Of a stretch of 64,000 nucleotides of DNA, positions 30,001 through 38,183 are shown piece by piece. Position 1 is the first letter of the stretch, and each line of letters starts with the position of its first letter. Under the pieces are notes generated by a model that was not told where the DNA came from, searched no databases, and saw only the letters and a program-made list of their open reading frames with translations. The translations under genes were made by a program, and so were the position numbers. The DNA is from Thermodesulfobacteriota bacterium (lineage in GTDB: Bacteria > Desulfobacterota > Desulfobacteria > Desulfobacterales > SURF-7): NCBI GenBank assembly GCA_049320885.1, contig JBMORA010000044.1:21977-85976 (forward strand), given 5' to 3'.

Positions 30001-31069
30001 CGCCTTGCCGGATACGAGCGGCGTCCTGGCCGTGGCGTCCGGATACGACCTGGACCGCACCGAGGCGGAGTTCCGCAGGTTTTTTTCCGACTTGAAAGCG
30101 CCCGGCAAGGAAGTGGCGGAAAAACTGGCCCGGGGGGAAATCGAGGAAGGGCAGGCCCGGGCCAGGGAAATAAAGGAGGAACAGATTGATCCCTTTCTGT
30201 CGGCCGGAGCCGGTGAAGCCGGAAGCACCATACAATCCGCCGCCGTGGAAACCGGCGCCAACAAGGGTGACATCGACATGGTATTGTCCCGCATCGATTC
30301 CCTGGGTTCCAGGCATGATGTCTATATCGCCGCCGCCGGCACCATGAACGTGGGCCGCAGCACCCTGGACAATAAGGACAGCAGCAGACAGACGGGCATT
30401 TTCACCGCCGGCGGCGGGGAGATCGGCATCTACTCCGCGGAGGACGTCAATGTGAACGAATCCCGGGTGATGACCTTTTTCGGCGGCGACATCCTGACCT
30501 GGAGCGACGGCAATATCAACGCCGGCCGTGGTTCCCGGACTGCCATCAATCTCCAGAGCGCCAAGCTGACCAAGGACAAGGAGACCGGCGCCTATTCCGT
30601 ACAATTCCAGCCCCCGGCCGTGGGCAGCGGCATGCGCACCCTGACCTTCGATCCGGACGGCGCGGGGCCTGAAATCCAACCGGAATACGGCGACATCTAC
30701 CTCGTCGCCCCCTACGGGGAGATCGACGCCGGCGAAGCCGGCATCGCCGGCCGGAACATATTCCTGGGGGCCAAATCCGTGGTGAATGTGCAGAATATCA
30801 GTTTTTCCCAGGGCGCCATCGGCGTGCCCAGCGCATCGGAAACCGCCGCCGGCCTGGGTTCCCTGACCGGAGGAGGGGCCGTGAGCGAGGCCGCGAAAAT
30901 GTCCGAAACCGCCGGATCGGCCATGGAAGAGGCCAACAAGCGGTTCGAGGAAGACGCCAAGGCCATGGAGGAGACATTCATGCCTTCCTGGCTGCGGGTG
31001 GAATTCATGGGATTTGACGTGGAAGACGGAGGATGGACCGAAGAAGATGAAAACGATAAAAAACCATAA
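21068..31069 (+). CDS. 3333-aa filamentous-haemagglutinin-family TpsA with DUF3739-like C-terminus
   Basis: TPS domain (INWKSFNIG, NRI, LINQNGI); beta-helix-type repeats; C-terminal VNESRVMT..GGDI..WS.GNINAGRG...GEIDAGEAGI. Confidence 0.92.
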   Translation: MTAAGKPNFARANRFWTAIICGAVLMPLMALAGPTIPGFYGSSSTPAPNPPAAGALPVVKEVVQNATLEKKTDTNLVVHQTDSKAVINWKSFNIGAKAWTHFDQQGNTDWTALNRIYDHNPSQIFGRLTADGRVYLINQNGILFGPGSQVNVHTLTASALNISDGDFLDNILHFNLENYTGREYGEDDIPLADRRVSNHGDIQARVNGSVFLLGPHVENSGAIDAPYGQAALGAGTAIRLENAQDYQGQENSTRVARLVNVTGGGGTADNFAGAELTADQGVAGMYGGVVNQEGLIRSVTAVKKAGRIELIAADKIRLGEESCTLSPVSTSTEAVHESFTFQGGEIYLQGHDPDQAWQFDATANDNNFCRRIELYGDITAPSGKVYANARERLYMDDRSTIDVGASVVALDAGANILKAQLNSVEMRDDYGQKGGILQGETIYFDAHAGSAVGNMSQHLASEEKTALERSAETSGTIQLAAKSGDLIIRENARLDFAGGGVWYNSGNVATTKLVSGRRVYDISAAPQWIAYDTILGDNVKGVSYGGPAGLKEYGAMHFEGSDAGILNLYASRLVLDGELDGRAFAGAYQTLADNPTDEYGDDAARGLAEPQGGSLTVGYDNKDNDSAATDRQTERIVLKQAVAPATEMTAETPYYERYPGKQGLVYSESGDAVQTSYLATEKLNAAGLGSISLNANTEIRLETGADLELAPGASLTCTARGIDINSSIHIPSGTVNLTAQDSHTGFAGDTYVAMPEQIHLGEHAVVSTAGERVDNTRIRSGEAAVAEVGRLDGGNVYLDDRIDTNMTGNQAGVLVDGGARVDVSAGWRIDREGGVTGGDAGTLRLQSAMMALDGSLQGLSLSGSSGGKLEIQTRYLTIASAGADPARIDASGMVLADDRFADSGFGKYKLWAVDDVRLLEGVRLTPSLTKLADPVPSSAVLPGADSRTVRDSGAADSANVRQTLEVSVDDIGATSISLQTDKSFEGIFYDAGELNTPAEMTIAAGAVIALPPEGSIFLKSAGAMEMAGELMAPAGAIDLATTYTGSDLTIGPDAVISAAGYNRPEAESPLSSGMPVHYTPLDGGNIRLNAGPGSLVVGENAVLDVSGSATVEQVQASGDGAIQKTIAASEPGSIELAFYDSLDISSHAELLGNAALAGLPGGALTIERTNPSAGLSLSAAGLQTSADGVVSIQPWADRACGFDALTIRSGHEITFMESLNLRTARSITLDAPLLRTRGMTGVTVEAPWVTLGNTTNSYGADRNAGVEAGNGVFQVLADWIDLKGDIRITGVAADTPGVRLVAERDIRLDDEYYVKIQPAMYYQGLLSVPGDITMTAARIYPTTQTDFTISTGGTLTTAYSFEPIGGPVYSAASSLTILAGSLHHQGALLSPMGRIVLAEDMETRIVNGVSIIDYLPMERVFLAPGSLLSVKGDARVNYGGFDEQAIAWRYIDKAKHEQVPTSEIQAAPERSITIEGREVIVRNDAEIDVSGGGSLFGYRFLKGIEGSLDPLGVGGRYVILPDNRFAVPGRMIHLSGVDGLKEGNYYLLPEEFAFLEDAIVITDLGVNLNPVKAALTEEGYPIVTGQSVFSESGGQSPVVHEYSVRKAEDVRKEGYFAQDSLPAADAGDIVITGASTVFDGDISADPLTAEEAGTDAGGKGGLLSLSGVNITVGAVGGTTAIDFEDELSADMLDQLIVGPEALAGGDLSKIVLGDPEVTQTIVIGQGGKLAASEIDLTAAKDIQVAGGAEIVVREGAGKVDFSSGKEIRIDSGAEVSAAEISLDTHELVLEGDVNPGESLTLAGDSIYLVDDGYGGSVADLEGLVLREGDWAKFNTGAIKLQSRSVLTLIGEVDLDVSGGAGALSIDTAGIRGRETTAISTLTAGAIRLTNTGAGFSDDGGESQGRLELKAGDRFTVGPGEMRVRGFETILLAGGEELVFQGAGSLVTGNAHLLLESGVVRTSAFQEKVLAATGELLLASRPADFRIQTGSGDLRIMAPQAAGGSTGATAVAGSLSLEGDGVFIGSLVDVAGGSFKAVSHGEGVVLETGGRIAAVEEGAASGGRIELAADNGGSVTIMEGSRLDVSGGGDAGSIHLTAPRGGATVDGELRAEHGAAERGGEFSLDTGAIDDFASLSSLLADGGFDEAVSLRSRTGDVNLSADIAAHEFALTVDGGGISLTHAVQAGGMEGGRVELNAVGDIVLSSGARIDAGARETGQDGGFVQLHSSTGAIDLQGDSEILVSGAGTGQDGEVLLRAGQNGTAGPAMTLNGNITGAAAVNVESVTVYKDQTSIDSARLAAWKEKLRADMNAMTAGGVKNRMTAGLNMRDRSGASLSGDEETARLHLKPGLEVRSTETGGLSLDTDWTLHPASAADTGWRFGGEAGALTLRSAGDLTVNGSIIDNPSASAGLSLPAGLDSWDIRFTAGADLAGADPGAAITGSGDLKIQNNRQIYTESGRIMFSSAGDAILGATGSVSTTVFPYCLATHAGDIRGRVGRNLELSGSDIQSGTGDIGIDVGGNLIAGQSGSGATRHVGSIRTTGEAPGDGATAKDYWDYRNGGDIEVNVGGDVLAAVNRNAWDSREQKIDLETQTVTYMWSPSFKGVSGTQGFATLGGGNLSIQAGGDFIGQGGAFGPGDVIIDSGNDLDGYFLVNQGRGLFTARGNYGLNAKYPDQSIELMAATAEVRAGGSVYLGTVFNPTIAGDVFWASFGGKNPEWNMTYACDGWDDPENPGAAGFNSGISLTARAGDVLLSGEKPPGSFTESYLEGIQRLLPPVVSVSAFRDIYLENDFFLAPSPKGNLTLSAGRDIHAETGKQPANLVMSDLDPATLYGRQTAADWNVSTNADVSRSIVAKLITTRGRAVESHSARPVHADDDEPVRIQAGNDIIKLKMVLPKQAEITAGHDLVDIGYMGQNVREGDESRVRAGHDIRFSAEAASTDSLKYIWQGGPGLLLVSAGNRIDLGASDGIEATGTLWNPALPDTSGVLAVASGYDLDRTEAEFRRFFSDLKAPGKEVAEKLARGEIEEGQARAREIKEEQIDPFLSAGAGEAGSTIQSAAVETGANKGDIDMVLSRIDSLGSRHDVYIAAAGTMNVGRSTLDNKDSSRQTGIFTAGGGEIGIYSAEDVNVNESRVMTFFGGDILTWSDGNINAGRGSRTAINLQSAKLTKDKETGAYSVQFQPPAVGSGMRTLTFDPDGAGPEIQPEYGDIYLVAPYGEIDAGEAGIAGRNIFLGAKSVVNVQNISFSQGAIGVPSASETAAGLGSLTGGGAVSEAAKMSETAGSAMEEANKRFEEDAKAMEETFMPSWLRVEFMGFDVEDGGWTEEDENDKKP

Positions 31070-31076
31070 CACCGGC

Positions 31077-32846
31077 ATGAGAACCCTTTCGACCTTGATG
31101 CTGACAGTAATCGGCCTGACCGTTTGGGCCTTGCCGGCCGCGGCCTGGTGGAACGAAGAATGGCAATACCGCAAGAAGATCACCTTCAACACCAAACCCG
31201 CCGGCGCCGATGTGGGGGAGAACCTGACCGACGTTCCCCTGTTGATCCGGCTGCATACGGGCAATTTCAATTTCGGCAACGCCAGGGAGACGGGCGAGGA
31301 TTTGCGGTTCGTGGCCGGCGACGATCAGACCCTGCTGAAACACCATCTGGAAAAATATGACAATCTGGAAGAGTTGGCGCTTGTGTGGGTGCGGTTGCCC
31401 AAACTGGCCGGCGGCAGTGACCAGGATTTCATCTACCTGTATTACGGCAATGCCGAAGCCGTGGGCGGGCAGGATCTCGCAGGAACGTACGGCCCCATGC
31501 AGGCGGCGGTGTTCCACTTCGGGCAGCCCGAGCCGTTTCAGGATGTCACCGCCAACAAGAACCAGCTGGCCAAGATTCCCGCCGGAGCGGTGATCCCGGC
31601 CAATATCGGCGACGGCGCGAGTCTGAGCAGCCCGGGGGACGCCTTCAGCATCCAAGGCGCTCCCTCCCTGGATTTTTCCAAGGGGTTCACCATCTCCTGC
31701 TGGGTCAAGATCGCCGCCCCGCAGAAAAGCCAGCTGTTCAGCCGGTCCTCGGAAACAAGCCGCCTGGATATCGGCATCGACCAGACCCGGATCTACTGCC
31801 GCGTCATGAAAGAGGACGGCAAACAATATATTACCGAGGAGTCCGCCGAGCTGACCCTGGACAACTGGAATCACCTGGCGATATCCGGAACGGGCAAGGG
31901 CGTGATTTCCGTTTACCTGGACGGCGCCAAAACCTACTACATGCAGCTGCCCGGCGGCTTGCCGGCCTTATCCGGCGATCTGCTGGTGGGGTCCGGTCCG
32001 GACAAGGCCGACATCTTCACCGGCGAAATGGATGAAATCCAGTTGTACGCCCAGGCCCTCACCGACGGCTGGATCAGGGCCCTGTACGCCAATCAGGGGC
32101 CGGACGGCCGCCTGATGGCCTTCGATGTGGAGATGATGACGGAAAAGAGCGGTTTTTTAGAAGACATGCACCTAGGCACCATTGTCAAAAACATCACCCT
32201 GGACGGCTGGATCATCATTGGTTTCATCTGCATCATGGGCTTTGCCAGCGCGATCGTCATCCTTTCCAAGAGTTTTACGCTCTATCTGGCAAACAAGGAA
32301 AATAAATCATTCATCAGTGTTTTCAAGGAGCACCAGGATCCGCTGGCGCTGAATACGGATCAGGAGGCCTATGAAAACGCGCCTGTTTTCCGTATTTACC
32401 TTGCCGGGCGCCACACCATCCAACAGTGGTTCGGCGGGTCCGCGGCGGACCGGCCGGTATTGACGCCGAAAAAGATGGAAGGCGTGCGAGCGGCCCTGGA
32501 AAAAAGCCTGATGGAGGAAACCACCGGCTTGAACGCCTGGCTGATGGTGCTCACCCTGTCCATATCGGGCGGACCTTTTCTCGGACTGTTGGGAACCGTC
32601 TGGGGGGTTATGACCACCTTCGCTTCCCTGGCCGAAACCGGCGAAGCGAATCTGACGGCTATCGCTCCCGGCGTGGCCTCGGCTCTCGCCACCACGGTTT
32701 TCGGCCTGATCGTGGCCATTCCGGCCCTGTTCGGTTATAACTACCTGGCCACGCGCGTGAAGCAGGCCACCATTGATTTAAGCCTGTTCGTGGATGATTT
32801 CGGATTGAAAATTGACCTGAACTATGGAGGAGAGCATGCGGCGTAA
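31077..32846 (+). CDS. exbB: DUF2341 + LamG-like + MotA/TolQ/ExbB fusion
   Basis: WW..W.YRK.I, DLRFV, LVWV, LYYGN; LamG-like W.HLA...DEIQLY; PFLGLLGTVWG...GVASAL.TT.FGL.VAIPA. Confidence 0.88.
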   Translation: MRTLSTLMLTVIGLTVWALPAAAWWNEEWQYRKKITFNTKPAGADVGENLTDVPLLIRLHTGNFNFGNARETGEDLRFVAGDDQTLLKHHLEKYDNLEELALVWVRLPKLAGGSDQDFIYLYYGNAEAVGGQDLAGTYGPMQAAVFHFGQPEPFQDVTANKNQLAKIPAGAVIPANIGDGASLSSPGDAFSIQGAPSLDFSKGFTISCWVKIAAPQKSQLFSRSSETSRLDIGIDQTRIYCRVMKEDGKQYITEESAELTLDNWNHLAISGTGKGVISVYLDGAKTYYMQLPGGLPALSGDLLVGSGPDKADIFTGEMDEIQLYAQALTDGWIRALYANQGPDGRLMAFDVEMMTEKSGFLEDMHLGTIVKNITLDGWIIIGFICIMGFASAIVILSKSFTLYLANKENKSFISVFKEHQDPLALNTDQEAYENAPVFRIYLAGRHTIQQWFGGSAADRPVLTPKKMEGVRAALEKSLMEETTGLNAWLMVLTLSISGGPFLGLLGTVWGVMTTFASLAETGEANLTAIAPGVASALATTVFGLIVAIPALFGYNYLATRVKQATIDLSLFVDDFGLKIDLNYGGEHAA

Positions 32847-33243
32847 TTTCTTCGAGCAGAAACCCTACGATGAAATCAACGTGACGCCGCTCCTGGATCT
32901 GGCCTGGACCCTGCTGGTGGTGTTCATTATCACCATCACCGCCGCCATCCAGGGGGTCAAGGTCAACCTGCCCAAGGCCAGCAGTTCCGTCAGTCTGGTG
33001 AAACCCAAGACCAAGGCCATCACCATCGACGCAGGCGGCACGGTCTATCTGGACGCCTACCCGGTGACCATGGAAGACCTGGAGACGCGCCTGCGCCAGT
33101 TTCTGGCGGTGGAAAGCGATTTTCCCGTGGTCATCAAAGGGGATGAAACCATTTATTACAAGAAGGTCATGGAGGTGCTGGATCTGATGCAGAAGCTGGA
33201 GATCACCCAGTTGGGCCTGGTGACCCAGAAACTGGTGAAATAG
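32836..33243 (+). CDS. exbD: Biopolymer transporter ExbD/TolR
   Basis: EINVTPLLDL, VNLPKA, IKGD...Y..V..VLD. Confidence 0.92.
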   Translation: MRRNFFEQKPYDEINVTPLLDLAWTLLVVFIITITAAIQGVKVNLPKASSSVSLVKPKTKAITIDAGGTVYLDAYPVTMEDLETRLRQFLAVESDFPVVIKGDETIYYKKVMEVLDLMQKLEITQLGLVTQKLVK

Positions 33244-33293
33244 GGGTACCCGGAAACTCAGTAGACCAGGATTTGATGATTTCAGGAAAGACC

Positions 33294-33983
33294 ATGGCAG
33301 GGGAAACCAAGAAAAAGCGAAAAACCAAATGGGGGATATGGGCGCTGTCGTTCTCCCTGGTAGCGGTGTTCGTGATTCTGGCCGGTTTGATCATCCACAT
33401 GCTGTTCAGCGATGACTCGCCGAACCGGAAACGCCAGATCCAGACGGTCACCCTGGTGAAACCGCCACCTCCCAAGATCAAGGAAAAACCGCCGGAACCG
33501 GAAATCGTGAAAAAGGAGGAGATCATCGAGCAGGAAATCGAAGAAGTTCCTCCCGAGGATACCAATCCGGCCGAACAGGATGACGCCAAGCCCATCGACG
33601 ACCTGCTGGGACTGGATGCCGACGGCGGCGCCGGCGCGGACGGATTCGGTTTGAAAGCCAAGAAGGGCGGCCGCTCCATCATCGGCGGCAATCTGTCCAA
33701 TCAATACGGCTGGTATACTTCTATGGTGCAGAAGGAGCTCAATGAGCTCGTCCGGGAATACATGGACCGGTACGGCGGCATTCCCAAAGGCAATTTGAAA
33801 GCCATGGTGAAAATTCGATTGGACCCGGAAGGACGCATCCGGAAAATCAAGATCGTCCGGTCCTCGGGCAACAAGCGCATGGATGAGGCCGTGCAGCTGG
33901 CCCTGAAATCCGCGGACATCAGCGAAATGCCGCCCCCGGACATGCCGCTGGTCCTGAAATTCCGGATTTCCTCCCAGGGATAA
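33294..33983 (+). CDS. TonB/TolA-like energy transducer
   Basis: N-terminal TM segment, Pro/Glu/Lys-rich linker, TonB C-terminal-like IVRSSGNKRMDEAV. Confidence 0.85.
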   Translation: MAGETKKKRKTKWGIWALSFSLVAVFVILAGLIIHMLFSDDSPNRKRQIQTVTLVKPPPPKIKEKPPEPEIVKKEEIIEQEIEEVPPEDTNPAEQDDAKPIDDLLGLDADGGAGADGFGLKAKKGGRSIIGGNLSNQYGWYTSMVQKELNELVREYMDRYGGIPKGNLKAMVKIRLDPEGRIRKIKIVRSSGNKRMDEAVQLALKSADISEMPPPDMPLVLKFRISSQG

Positions 33984-34051
33984 AATGGCAAACATACCAC
34001 AATTCATAATTCCTAATTCGTAATTTTTAATTGATTTTTTGGGGGTGCAGG

Positions 34052-35626
34052 GTGAAACAAAAACAATTCTGGGCGGTGATATCGGCCGTCATCTATATCT
34101 GGCTGCAACCGGTAACAGTCCCGCCGGTGCTGTGCGCGGAACCGGAAACAGCAGCCCGCGGCGCGGGTTCGGCGGCCGTGATCGACCAATTGGAACAGCA
34201 GGGCGTCATTTCCGGCGCCGAAGCCGACGAGTTGCGGCGGCGCTCGCGGAAAGGGGATCGTCCGGAAACCGCCGGCGCCAAACCGAGTATTGCCGTGCGG
34301 GAAACCTTGAGCCAAGGGGAAATGGACAAGCTGACCCGGGAAGTCACCGAGCGCGTCAAGCAGGACATGAAGGAAGAAATCAAACGCGAAATCAAGGATG
34401 AATCGGCGGTTTCGGACCAGACTTGGCTGGAACGGGTGCATGCCTCGGTGCCGGAATGGACCCGCCGGATCCGTCTGAACGGGGATGCCCGCCTGCGCTA
34501 CGAGGGGAATTTTTTCGATCAAAACAACGCGGATTTTCTCAAGCCGGATGATCCCACCGAACTGGCCAACACGAAAAACGACCGGAACCGCTTCCGGTAC
34601 CGTGCCCGCCTGGGCCTGACCGCTGAAATCAACACCCAGGTGGAGGCGGGCCTGCGCCTGGCCACCGGGACCTCCGACAATCCGGTTTCCACCAATGAAA
34701 CCGCCGGCGATTTCTTCAACAAGGATTATTTCCTGCTGGACCAGGCCTATCTGAAAATCAGGCCCATCCCCCGGGCGCCCCAGACCGCTTTATGGGGAGG
34801 GAAATTCCCCAATCCCTGGCTCGCAACCGAGATGGTCTGGGACGGTGACGTGGTCTTCGAGGGCCTCGCGGTCCGCTATGACGACTATGTCCTCGACTGG
34901 CTGCGGCCCATACTGACCGTGGGCTGGTTTCCCCTGCAGGAGGAAGAATGGTATTCGGACAAATACCTCGCCGGGGCCCAGGCGGCGGTGGAATTCAAAC
35001 CCAAGACCGATCTGGCCATCACCCTGGGCGCTGCCTGCTACGACTATCGCAATGTCCGCGGGGAAGCCAATGACATCCTGCGGCCCGGGGAACTCGACTG
35101 GACCGCGCCTCAATACATGCAGAAGGGCAACAGCCTGATGGACATCGATCCCGAACCCGGCGGCATCACCACCGCCCTGGCCGGCGACTACCGGATCATC
35201 GATGCTGTCGCCATTCTCCATGCCGCCGTCTTTCAGCCGGTTCATGTGAACCTCACCGGCAATTACGCGGAAAACGTCGGTTTCGACGCGGATGAAGTCG
35301 CCCGGCGTCTGGGCGAGGAGGAATGGCCGGACGAAACCACGGCCTATCAGGTGGCGCTGTGGGTGGGGCATCCGCGGGTGCGCAATTTCAGCGAATGGAA
35401 TGTCTCCTTTGCCTATCGCTACGTGGAAGCAGATGCTGTGCTGGACGCCTTCACGGATTCGGATTTCCATCTCGGCGGCACCAACGCCAAGGGCTGGCTT
35501 CTGAAGACCGATTGGGGGCTGACCAAAAACCTCTGGTTGACCATCGGATACAGCACGGCGGATGAAATAATCGGCGATCCCCTGGCCATCGATGTGCTCC
35601 AGATCGATCTGAATGCATCATTCTAG
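34052..35626 (+). CDS. Putative porin (outer-membrane beta-barrel)
   Basis: GDARLRYE, R.R.R.RARLG, DAFTDSDFHLGGTN, C-terminal DLNASF; N-terminal periplasmic helical segment. Confidence 0.85.
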   Translation: MKQKQFWAVISAVIYIWLQPVTVPPVLCAEPETAARGAGSAAVIDQLEQQGVISGAEADELRRRSRKGDRPETAGAKPSIAVRETLSQGEMDKLTREVTERVKQDMKEEIKREIKDESAVSDQTWLERVHASVPEWTRRIRLNGDARLRYEGNFFDQNNADFLKPDDPTELANTKNDRNRFRYRARLGLTAEINTQVEAGLRLATGTSDNPVSTNETAGDFFNKDYFLLDQAYLKIRPIPRAPQTALWGGKFPNPWLATEMVWDGDVVFEGLAVRYDDYVLDWLRPILTVGWFPLQEEEWYSDKYLAGAQAAVEFKPKTDLAITLGAACYDYRNVRGEANDILRPGELDWTAPQYMQKGNSLMDIDPEPGGITTALAGDYRIIDAVAILHAAVFQPVHVNLTGNYAENVGFDADEVARRLGEEEWPDETTAYQVALWVGHPRVRNFSEWNVSFAYRYVEADAVLDAFTDSDFHLGGTNAKGWLLKTDWGLTKNLWLTIGYSTADEIIGDPLAIDVLQIDLNASF

Positions 35627-35638
35627 AGGAGTTGTTCC

Positions 35639-36046
35639 ATGAAGACGATACGACTGATTCTGAAGGCCCTGGCGTCGGCCATGCTATTAACCGGCTGCAT
35701 GTTCTACTGGAACGAGGACACCAAGACTCTGAAATGGGAACCGCAGTACGAGCCGCTGACCTATGAAATGGAGGATCTCACCAACCAATACCATCTCCAG
35801 CGGCTGGTCACCGGCATGTCCCGGGACGAGGTCTACGAGGTCATGGGTATGCCCGATATCTACGGCATGTATGAGAACGTGAACCGGGATTACGTGGCGG
35901 TCTTTTACTATTACACCGGCACCAGGGTGAACGAGGGCGCGGCCGCCAGGGAAGAATGCACGCCGGTGGTGCTGCGCAACGGGGTCCTGATCGGCTGGGG
36001 GAATGATTTCCTGAAGGGATTGAAGGAATACCCCCTGATCAAATGA
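35639..36046 (+). CDS. Small lipoprotein (DUF3192/BamE-like)
   Basis: Lipobox LTGC; GMSRDEV..VMG.PD, ECTPVV..NG.LIGWG. Confidence 0.75.
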   Translation: MKTIRLILKALASAMLLTGCMFYWNEDTKTLKWEPQYEPLTYEMEDLTNQYHLQRLVTGMSRDEVYEVMGMPDIYGMYENVNRDYVAVFYYYTGTRVNEGAAAREECTPVVLRNGVLIGWGNDFLKGLKEYPLIK

Positions 36047-36096
36047 GGATGCATGCCGGACGGGGAACCGCCGGATGACGGGTGAAGGAACAAACC

Positions 36097-36801
36097 ATGA
36101 GCAAGGGGAAAATCATTATTCTGCTGGTGATCGCCGCGGTGCTGGTGATTGGTCTTTTCGCGGCGGGCGCGCTTTCCTACCGGAAAATGGAAGCCGAGGC
36201 CGCGCGCCTGGGCGCAGAGCTGGATAAGTCCGAAAAACGCGGTAAACTGCTGCAGCGCAGATATACCGAGGAAAAAGCTCGGGCCGACAACCTGATGCGG
36301 GCCAAGCAGGCGGCCGAGGTGAGGCAGCGCTCTGCCGTAGGCGGACACGAGGAGGAACTCAAACATCTGAAAGCCGCCTTTGACAATGAAAAAGCGGCTC
36401 TGACGGGGGCCTGCGACCGGAAAGCCAAGGAGCTGGAGCAAGGTCTTGAAAAACTGAAAGCCAAGGCCGACAAGCTTCGGGCGTCCCGGGATGAAGTCGT
36501 GGAGCGCTTCAAGCAGAAGGACGCCGAATTCAAGGAGCAGAAGCGTCTGAAAACCGCCGCGGACGATCACAGGCGCAGGGCCGAATCCGATCTCAAACGG
36601 GTCCGGCAGCAGTATGACAACTGCCGGGAGCACAACGAGCGCCTTTGCCTGATCACCGAGGAACTGGTGGACAAATACAAGAACAAGGGGGTGGTGGGCT
36701 CCATCATGGTAAACGAACCCTTCACCCAGATGCGGCAGGTGGAAGTAGACCGTCTGGTCCAGGAATACACCGTGAAAATCGACAAGGAAAAAATCGATTG
36801 A
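36097..36801 (+). CDS. Membrane-anchored coiled-coil protein
   Basis: N-terminal TM segment, charged heptads, C-terminal C...N..L.....EL...Y...EPFTQ. Confidence 0.75.
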   Translation: MSKGKIIILLVIAAVLVIGLFAAGALSYRKMEAEAARLGAELDKSEKRGKLLQRRYTEEKARADNLMRAKQAAEVRQRSAVGGHEEELKHLKAAFDNEKAALTGACDRKAKELEQGLEKLKAKADKLRASRDEVVERFKQKDAEFKEQKRLKTAADDHRRRAESDLKRVRQQYDNCREHNERLCLITEELVDKYKNKGVVGSIMVNEPFTQMRQVEVDRLVQEYTVKIDKEKID

Positions 36802-36851
36802 GGGTTTTGAAACACAGGATACAACCATTTTCTTACCACGGATTTCGCGAA

Positions 36852-37361
36852 TTACACGGATGAGAGTAGAGCGGTTTTGCCGGCGGAGCCGGCAGCCGGA
36901 CATCCTTCCGTTTCGATGGTTGCGTCCCTGTTCGCCCCGGATAGTTCCGCGAAAACCGCCCATGCACGGTCGCCGTTGGAATGGGTTTGAATCAGCTCCA
37001 TCATTTGGTTCCGGACAATTTCCCGTTGCTGTTTGAGGTCACTCCGCCGGTGGTGCAGCTCAAAACTGATCCGCCTCCAGGCGTGGAATTTCCGGCGGTT
37101 CCCCGCATCCACCGACAATTTATCAAAATCCGGGGAAAAGCTCGCAAGATGGGTTTGGATCAAGTTGGAAAGCGTGACGATTTCATCTGTCAGCCGCCTT
37201 TCGGCGCCTATCAATCGGTTCAACAGGCTGGTGTGGTTCGGCATGCGATCTGGACTGTCAACGACATTCATGGAGCACCTCGTCGGGTAAATGGGATAGG
37301 TCCGGTGAAAGGGAAACGAAAGCGAGTTCCCTCCCGGTTTTGTATGCCATCCTATAACCAT
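36852..37361 (-). CDS. Hypothetical protein
   Basis: 169-codon ORF with a helical middle; start uncertain. Confidence 0.35.
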   Translation of the reverse strand: MVIGWHTKPGGNSLSFPFHRTYPIYPTRCSMNVVDSPDRMPNHTSLLNRLIGAERRLTDEIVTLSNLIQTHLASFSPDFDKLSVDAGNRRKFHAWRRISFELHHRRSDLKQQREIVRNQMMELIQTHSNGDRAWAVFAELSGANRDATIETEGCPAAGSAGKTALLSSV

Positions 37362-37661
37362 TTGATTATAATTTGATTGGGCCGGAATTTGGATTTCATT
37401 ATTTCGAATGGGTATCCTGTGCAGTTTCCGCCGGACCCGGGCAACCGGATGCCCAGGACTTCCAGTTCCTGTTCGAAGAGGGCCTCCATCGTTTCCGGAA
37501 AAATCAGGGGAATCGCATACAAAGTCAATACTGTCAATGATGCAAAAATGGCGGAAGAGGTGTTTGTAATACCGGAGCGTGGCTTTTTGAAGCCACTATA
37601 TTTACAGCCATGATTACGATCTTTTGGGCTTGGTGAACGAAGATGGTTTTGCTATCGGCCC

Positions 37662-37838
37662 TCAGTTCCCCTTCCTTCCTCTCAACAAAGCATCCAGCGC
37701 TTCGATTATGACGCCGGTTACAGTGTTACCATTGTCTTTGGCATATTTCTCCACCCGTTCCGCCAGGCGGCAGGGGATATGGATAACGAATTCTTGTGTA
37801 TCACTCTTGCATTGATCGGGGACTGCGTTTTCCGCCAT
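37662..37838 (-). CDS. 58-aa putative ribbon-helix-helix DNA-binding protein (not in the ORF track)
   Basis: MAENAVPDQCKSDTQEFVIHIPCRLAERVEKYAKDNGNTVTGVIIEALDALLRGRKGN; AAAGGA RBS; strand-helix-G-helix pattern. Confidence 0.6.
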   Translation of the reverse strand: MAENAVPDQCKSDTQEFVIHIPCRLAERVEKYAKDNGNTVTGVIIEALDALLRGRKGN

Positions 37839-38183
37839 TGAAATGTCCTTTTCATCTGTTCCGGTTAATGTTCCGGGATCGTATTTGCAAATTCATCCTT
37901 TTTCAACGAGAAATTCGATGCCATTTTAATTTTTGTCCCGGGAGGCGAAACAGTTTCGTCTCGGGACACTTTTGTTGTTTTCAATCCTTCATCTTTCCCG
38001 CCGACAATATTAAAATAACCTCTTTTATCGAAAGGTTATTGTTTATTGATTCATTTTTCCCGTTCCGGATGTAATCCAACCAAACGCTTCTTCCGTTCCC
38101 GCTCCACTTTACCGTGTTCCTATTATTCCAAATCAGAGAGGCTTTTATTGGAACCTATGGAATAAAAACAAGCAAACGAAAAA

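Noticed and set aside
29900..31069. CDI toxin/immunity pair at the TpsA C-terminus
   Set aside because: No VENN-type or toxin motif seen; the C-terminus is DUF3739-like and is followed by exbB, not a small immunity gene.
21539..31279. Several 350-540-aa minus-strand ORFs opposite TpsA
   Set aside because: Codon-bias shadows of the plus-strand gene.
36833..36862. Short accacggatt/acacggat repeat after the coiled-coil gene
   Set aside because: Only two degenerate units; too little to call a REP element from this window.
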